Below, in pieces: positions 50,490 to 55,000 of a stretch of 55,000 bases of DNA. The notes beneath the pieces were generated by a model. It saw only the letters and a list, made by a program, of their open reading frames with translations, was not told the DNA's origin and did no database searches. Position numbers and translations under genes: made by a program. The stretch is from Octopus bimaculoides (lineage: Eukaryota), in assembly GCF_001194135.2 (NCBI RefSeq), contig NC_069001.1:29971676-30026675 (forward strand), read 5' to 3'. Every line of letters begins with the position of its first letter. Positions within the stretch are counted from its first letter, which is position 1.

Positions 50490-51381
50490 CAGTCATTAGA
50501 GAGTAGTCATGCTGGGGCCCGATATTGAAGGGTTTTAGAGGAATGATTGAATCGACCCCAGTACGTCCTTTTTAAGCCTGGCAATTAGTCTATCTTTCTG
50601 CTTTTGCCGAACCGTTAAATTACGGGGTTGGAAATACACCAACACCAATTATTAAGTGTTAAGTGGGGGAGGGGACACAAAGATACACACACACACNNNN
50701 NNNNNNNNNNNNNNNNNNNNNNNNNNNNNNNNNNNNNNNNNNNNNNNNNNNNNNNNNNNNNNNNNNNNNNNNNNNNNNNNNNNNNNNNNNNNNNNNNNNN
50801 NNNNNNNNNNNNNNNNNNNNNNNNNNNNNNNNNNNNNNNNNNNNNNNNNNNNNNNNNNNNNNNNNNNNNNNNNNNNNNNNNNNNNNNNNNNNNNNNNNNN
50901 NNNNNNNNNNNNNNNNNNNNNNNNNNNNNNNNNNNNNNNNNNNNNNNNNNNNNNNNNNNNNNNNNNNNNNNNNNNNNNNNNNNNNNNNNNNNNNNNNNNN
51001 NNNNNNNNNNNNNNNNNNNNNNNNNNNNNNNNNNNNNNNNNNNNNNNNNNNNNNNNNNNNNNNNNNNNNNNNNNNNNNNNNNNNNNNNNNNNNNNNNNNN
51101 NNNNNNNNNNNNNNNNNNNNNNNNNNNNNNNNNNNNNNNNNNNNNNNNNNNNNNNNNNNNNNNNNNNNNNNNNNNNNNNNNNNNNNNNNNNNNNNNNNNN
51201 NNNNNNNNNNNNNNNNNNNNNNNNNNNNNNNNNNNNNNNNNNNNNNNNNNNNNNNNNNNNNNNNNNNNNNNNNNNNNNNNGATACCCTGTATTATAATTT
51301 TCAATAATTATTACCTTTGATGGTTTTTATTCCCATGCTGGCCACTTGATAAAATCAGTATTTTAAATATCGATCTTATCC

Positions 51382-51427
<46 letters not shown>

Positions 51428-51570
51428 CGGTCTCCTTTTACTTTCTGTCTACCAAATCTACTCAAAAGACTTTGATCGGCACGAAGCAATAGTGGAAAAC
51501 ATTTGCTTTAGGTGTCAAGGAGTGGGACTGGATCCAGAACTATGTGGCTGCAACCAAGTTCCTTACCGCA
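50490..51570 (-). mobile_element. Composite CORE SINE whose internal microsatellite contains an assembly gap
   Basis: 3' part catgctggggccc...ttttgccgaaccgttaaattacgggg before the gap; 5' part ttctgtctaccaaatctactc...gggactggatccagaactatgtgg after it. Continuity across the gap is inferred. Confidence 0.65.
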
Positions 51571-52535
51571 GACCGACACCTCTTCTTCTATTTTATTTAT
51601 CAGCTTACAATTGCTCTCCTATATTAAATCCTCAGCAGCCTTGTTATCACTTAAATATTATTACAGTCATCCTATTTTCTTTTCTTGTATCCCATTATCT
51701 CAACTACATTCTCCGCTCATGTCTCCTCTCGATTTCATTCTCCTTACCGTATGTTTTTTTTTATCCCGTGTGTTCTTTTTCTCATCCACTTGTTCCTTAT
51801 TACGCTTCACATTGCCATAAAATATTGGTTTGAAATCTAAGCACAAGACCAGTAATTTTCAATTCTATAATTCAGCACATCATCGGTCGGCTTGATAGGG
51901 GCTAAAAAATGACTGAGGCACGGTCATTTACAGATATTTAGGTTGCTAGACACTTCTTGAAATTGGAAAAGGGAACACAACGAGAAATCTATTGACGATT
52001 GGCCGAGCTATTTCTTCTCGTCGAGTACTAGCTATTCTGTCTAGCATCGGGTGTATAGAGTTATTCCGAGTGACTCTCTGTGCGCTCATACGAACAGGGA
52101 GAATTTTCATCCCACTATTCTAGGAATAGAAACCCATTGTCAAGAATTCTACATAAATGGATTAGTGTACGATAGGTTGGTCATGGTTGGTATGTCTTAA
52201 ACTACTAGTGAAGTGAATTCAGCACACCGAATGGTTTCATTCGGTACAATTTGAAAATGGGATGCAAAGTTTCTTTTATTCAGAGTAACCGGAGGAAGAA
52301 AAAATAATTGAGATACAAGTAATTCGCATTTTATACGCAAAAAGAATTTTCAGACTAAACCAGAAATTGCGAGTCAGCATTTCTTTAAATGGTACAGGTG
52401 TGTCTTATGCACACGCAAACGCACACACACACACACACACACATACACACACACAGACACACACACATAGGCGTTTGTAAATGTACACATATGTATATAT
52501 GTATATATATATATATGTATATATATGTATGTGTG

Positions 52536-52571
<36 letters not shown>

Positions 52572-52819
52572 NNNNNNNNNNNNNNNNNNNNNNNNNNNNN
52601 NNNNNNNNNNNNNNNNNNNNNNNNNNNNNNNNNNNNNNNNNNNNNNNNNNNNNNNNNNNNNNNNNNNNNNNNNNNNNNNNNNNNNNNNNNNNNNNNNNNN
52701 NNNNNNNNNNNNNNNNNNNNNNNNNNNNNNNNNNNNNNNNNNNNNNNNNNNNNNNNNNNNNNNNNNNNNNNNNNNNNNNNNNNNNNNNNNNNNNNNNNNN
52801 NNNNNNNNNNNNNNNNNNN

Positions 52820-52853
<34 letters not shown>

Positions 52854-53509
52854 TATATATGTATATATTCAGGCATATACAAATGTACAGTAAGTGGGTA
52901 ATTGGAAGAAATGTTTTGAAAGTAAAATCATCAAAAATATTAATGAACTTGGCTATACAGAAGCTCATCCATTGAAATGAAAATTTGAAATTCGCTGAAT
53001 ACACTTAATAGTAACAGGAGTAAAAAAAAAAAAAAAGAACAGCAACAACAAAACCAAAAGATATATCATTGAAAAAAACGTACCACGTATGACAAGAGTG
53101 AAAGAAGTAAGCCTTGAGGAATGGTATAACTGTTAAAGAATTAGTTACGAAATTACGAAGAATTGTTAATCGAACTGCCAAAATGGCATTTTCTTGATAA
53201 ACATCTGGTTTGAAAGAAAATTGAAATGAAAGTAGTATGATTGGATGTTGATATTTTTTGTTTTTACTGACATTTTAAGTATGTTTTCTCACTAATAGCT
53301 TCAGGTTTCAGACGATGTTGCAGAATGAAAAAATAAAAAAATAAAAATAGTGGGGTAAAATAGACGTCTCTGAAAATTCTATTAATGTCTCATTGGCTAA
53401 CAAATTAACGAACTAATATAAGAGAAAAGAATATCAAAGAAATAATGATATTGAAATAAAAAATATATCATTTAATAATACCAATGCTTTTGATTTAAAA
53501 ATACTATTT

Positions 53510-53930
53510 TGCTTATGATAAGATGAACAATATGGAAATGAAACAGGTGATGGTTATGATGATGATGATGATAAAGGCGTCGCTAATGACAACGACGACG
53601 GTGATGACGATGACGATGATGATGACGATGATGTTGGTGGTGATGATACTGATGATGAGGGTAATGATGAGGTTGATGATGATGACGATGTCGACGACGA
53701 CGACGATGATGATGACAACGGAGATGATGATGACGACAATGTCGATGGTGCTGATGAAAATGATGATTACCATTATAAGACATTCATGGTGTGATGATGA
53801 TGATAATGAAAAAGAAAACGAAAAAGGAGAAAGAGTAGAATAAGGAGAGGAGAATGAGAAGAAGAACGAAAGAAAGAAAAAAGAAACACAAGATGGTGAT
53901 GATGATGAAGAAGATGAATGATGAAAAGAA
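53510..53930. repeat. Degenerate (GAT/GAC)n triplet repeat grading into a purine-rich tract
   Basis: gatgatgacgacgat mixtures followed by GAA/AAG runs. Confidence 0.85.
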
Positions 53931-54830
53931 GAAAAGTAGGAGGAGGGAAGGAGGAGGGACAGATGGGTTGAGGTGGGTGTAGGAAGAGACGGAATTATCG
54001 ATAATATTACATAAAAGTTAAAAATATATTTACGTATTGAAACGTGGCAGATTGAAAATATATTCGCATATATCTAGTTTTTCTTTTCCTATTTATGTAG
54101 GTATATCATCAGTAACACCTACATATCTTTATACGCCTGGATCCATTCAGACAGCTGCACATATATCACATAGGTGTGCTTATTGTTTGTATGTATGTAT
54201 GTTTGTATGTGTGTATGTAACTGTGTGTGCGTTGGCGTGGATATGTGAATACATACATGAGTTTATAATATGAGTGTGTTTGTCTCTAGATATGTGTGTG
54301 CATATTTGCTAGTTAACTAGTTTGCTAGTTAACTAGTTTGGAGAGTTAATTTTACCTTATCAGTTTTCGTCTACGATTTAAATGTGATTTAAATTATACG
54401 ATTTTGAAAATTGAATATTTGGAGACGTGTTAGTCAAAAATAGACTCCAAATCCACAAAGAAATATAGAATAAATACACAATCCCATGTTGTATAATAAT
54501 CAGTAATTTTCTTTCTTTACACTTGAGATTCCTGCAATGTTGCACCATCTTAAATCCAGATATATTTTTCATGCTGACTCGTGAAAGTAAATTTCCATGA
54601 ATTATTAGTCACTGTGTTTTACAACGAAAAGGCAGTAACTGGGAGAATATTTTTACCGTATGTTTGTAATGTGTATTATTTACTTCAACTACTTTGGTCT
54701 ATACCGTTGTTTTAAAACGGAAAATAAAGAGAGAATAATAAGTCATGTTTCATCGGACGTTCGATCATGTCACCTTAAATTATCACATATATTACATACA
54801 AATATTAGTCGAGTGTCTTGCAAAAGGTAA

Positions 54831-55000
54831 TCTATATATATAAAAATGAGAATGTCTGTCTGTCTGTGTGAATCCCTAAAACTCGAGAACTACGCAACCA
54901 ATTTCATTCAAATTTTACAGATGCCTTACTTAGGGTTCCATTTGTGTTTTAGTCAAAAAAAATTTTAACTTTTTGCAGAGTTCGAGCCCACGGCAACATA
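54831..55000 (+). mobile_element. Helitron-type 5' end, continuing beyond the window
   Basis: A then TCTATATATATAAAAATGAGAATG(TCTG)n: TC terminus after A, followed by a short microsatellite, as in non-autonomous Helitrons. Confidence 0.7.

Noticed and set aside
52226-52245. Perfect hairpin ACCGAATG-GTTT-CATTCGGT
   Set aside because: Isolated 8-bp stem; not the histone stem-loop consensus and not followed by a CTRR end.
541-52975. Long ORFs in the track filled with X, YIYI, CVCV or THTH
   Set aside because: They arise from N gaps and dinucleotide microsatellites.
53513-53843. Met/Thr-rich, Ser-rich and His-rich ORFs
   Set aside because: Same triplet-repeat artefact.

Overview
AT-rich, microsatellite-dense eukaryotic non-coding DNA from a gapped short-read assembly, with many N runs flanked by (TA)n, (CA)n or (TG)n. 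The SINE families and repeat texture look like an octopus (coleoid cephalopod) genome; this is an inference from pattern recognition, not a database result. Most long ORFs in the supplied track are artefacts of N gaps and simple repeats. Supported content: (1) about 30 copies or fragments of three or four tRNA-derived SINE families; (2) a full-length but dead Tc1/mariner element with DD41D spacing and TIRs (19571-20897); (3) a decayed Penelope-like reverse transcriptase on the minus strand (about 11545-13100) running into a Helitron-type 3' terminus; (4) the 3' end of an RLE-type non-LTR retrotransposon (33638-34005, minus); (5) a TTAA-flanked foldback MITE with Kolobok-type termini (27463-27600); (6) a Helitron-type 5' end at the right edge; (7) a GC-rich gag/ORF1-like element in apparently permuted order (22510-24050). 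No host gene can be named. A few splice-bounded open segments may be exons of a minus-strand gene, at low confidence. I see no clearly new biological system. The best leads are the permuted ORF1-like unit, the PLE-Helitron junction, a possible B-box-less SINE subfamily, modular SINE tails and closely spaced inverted SINE pairs.
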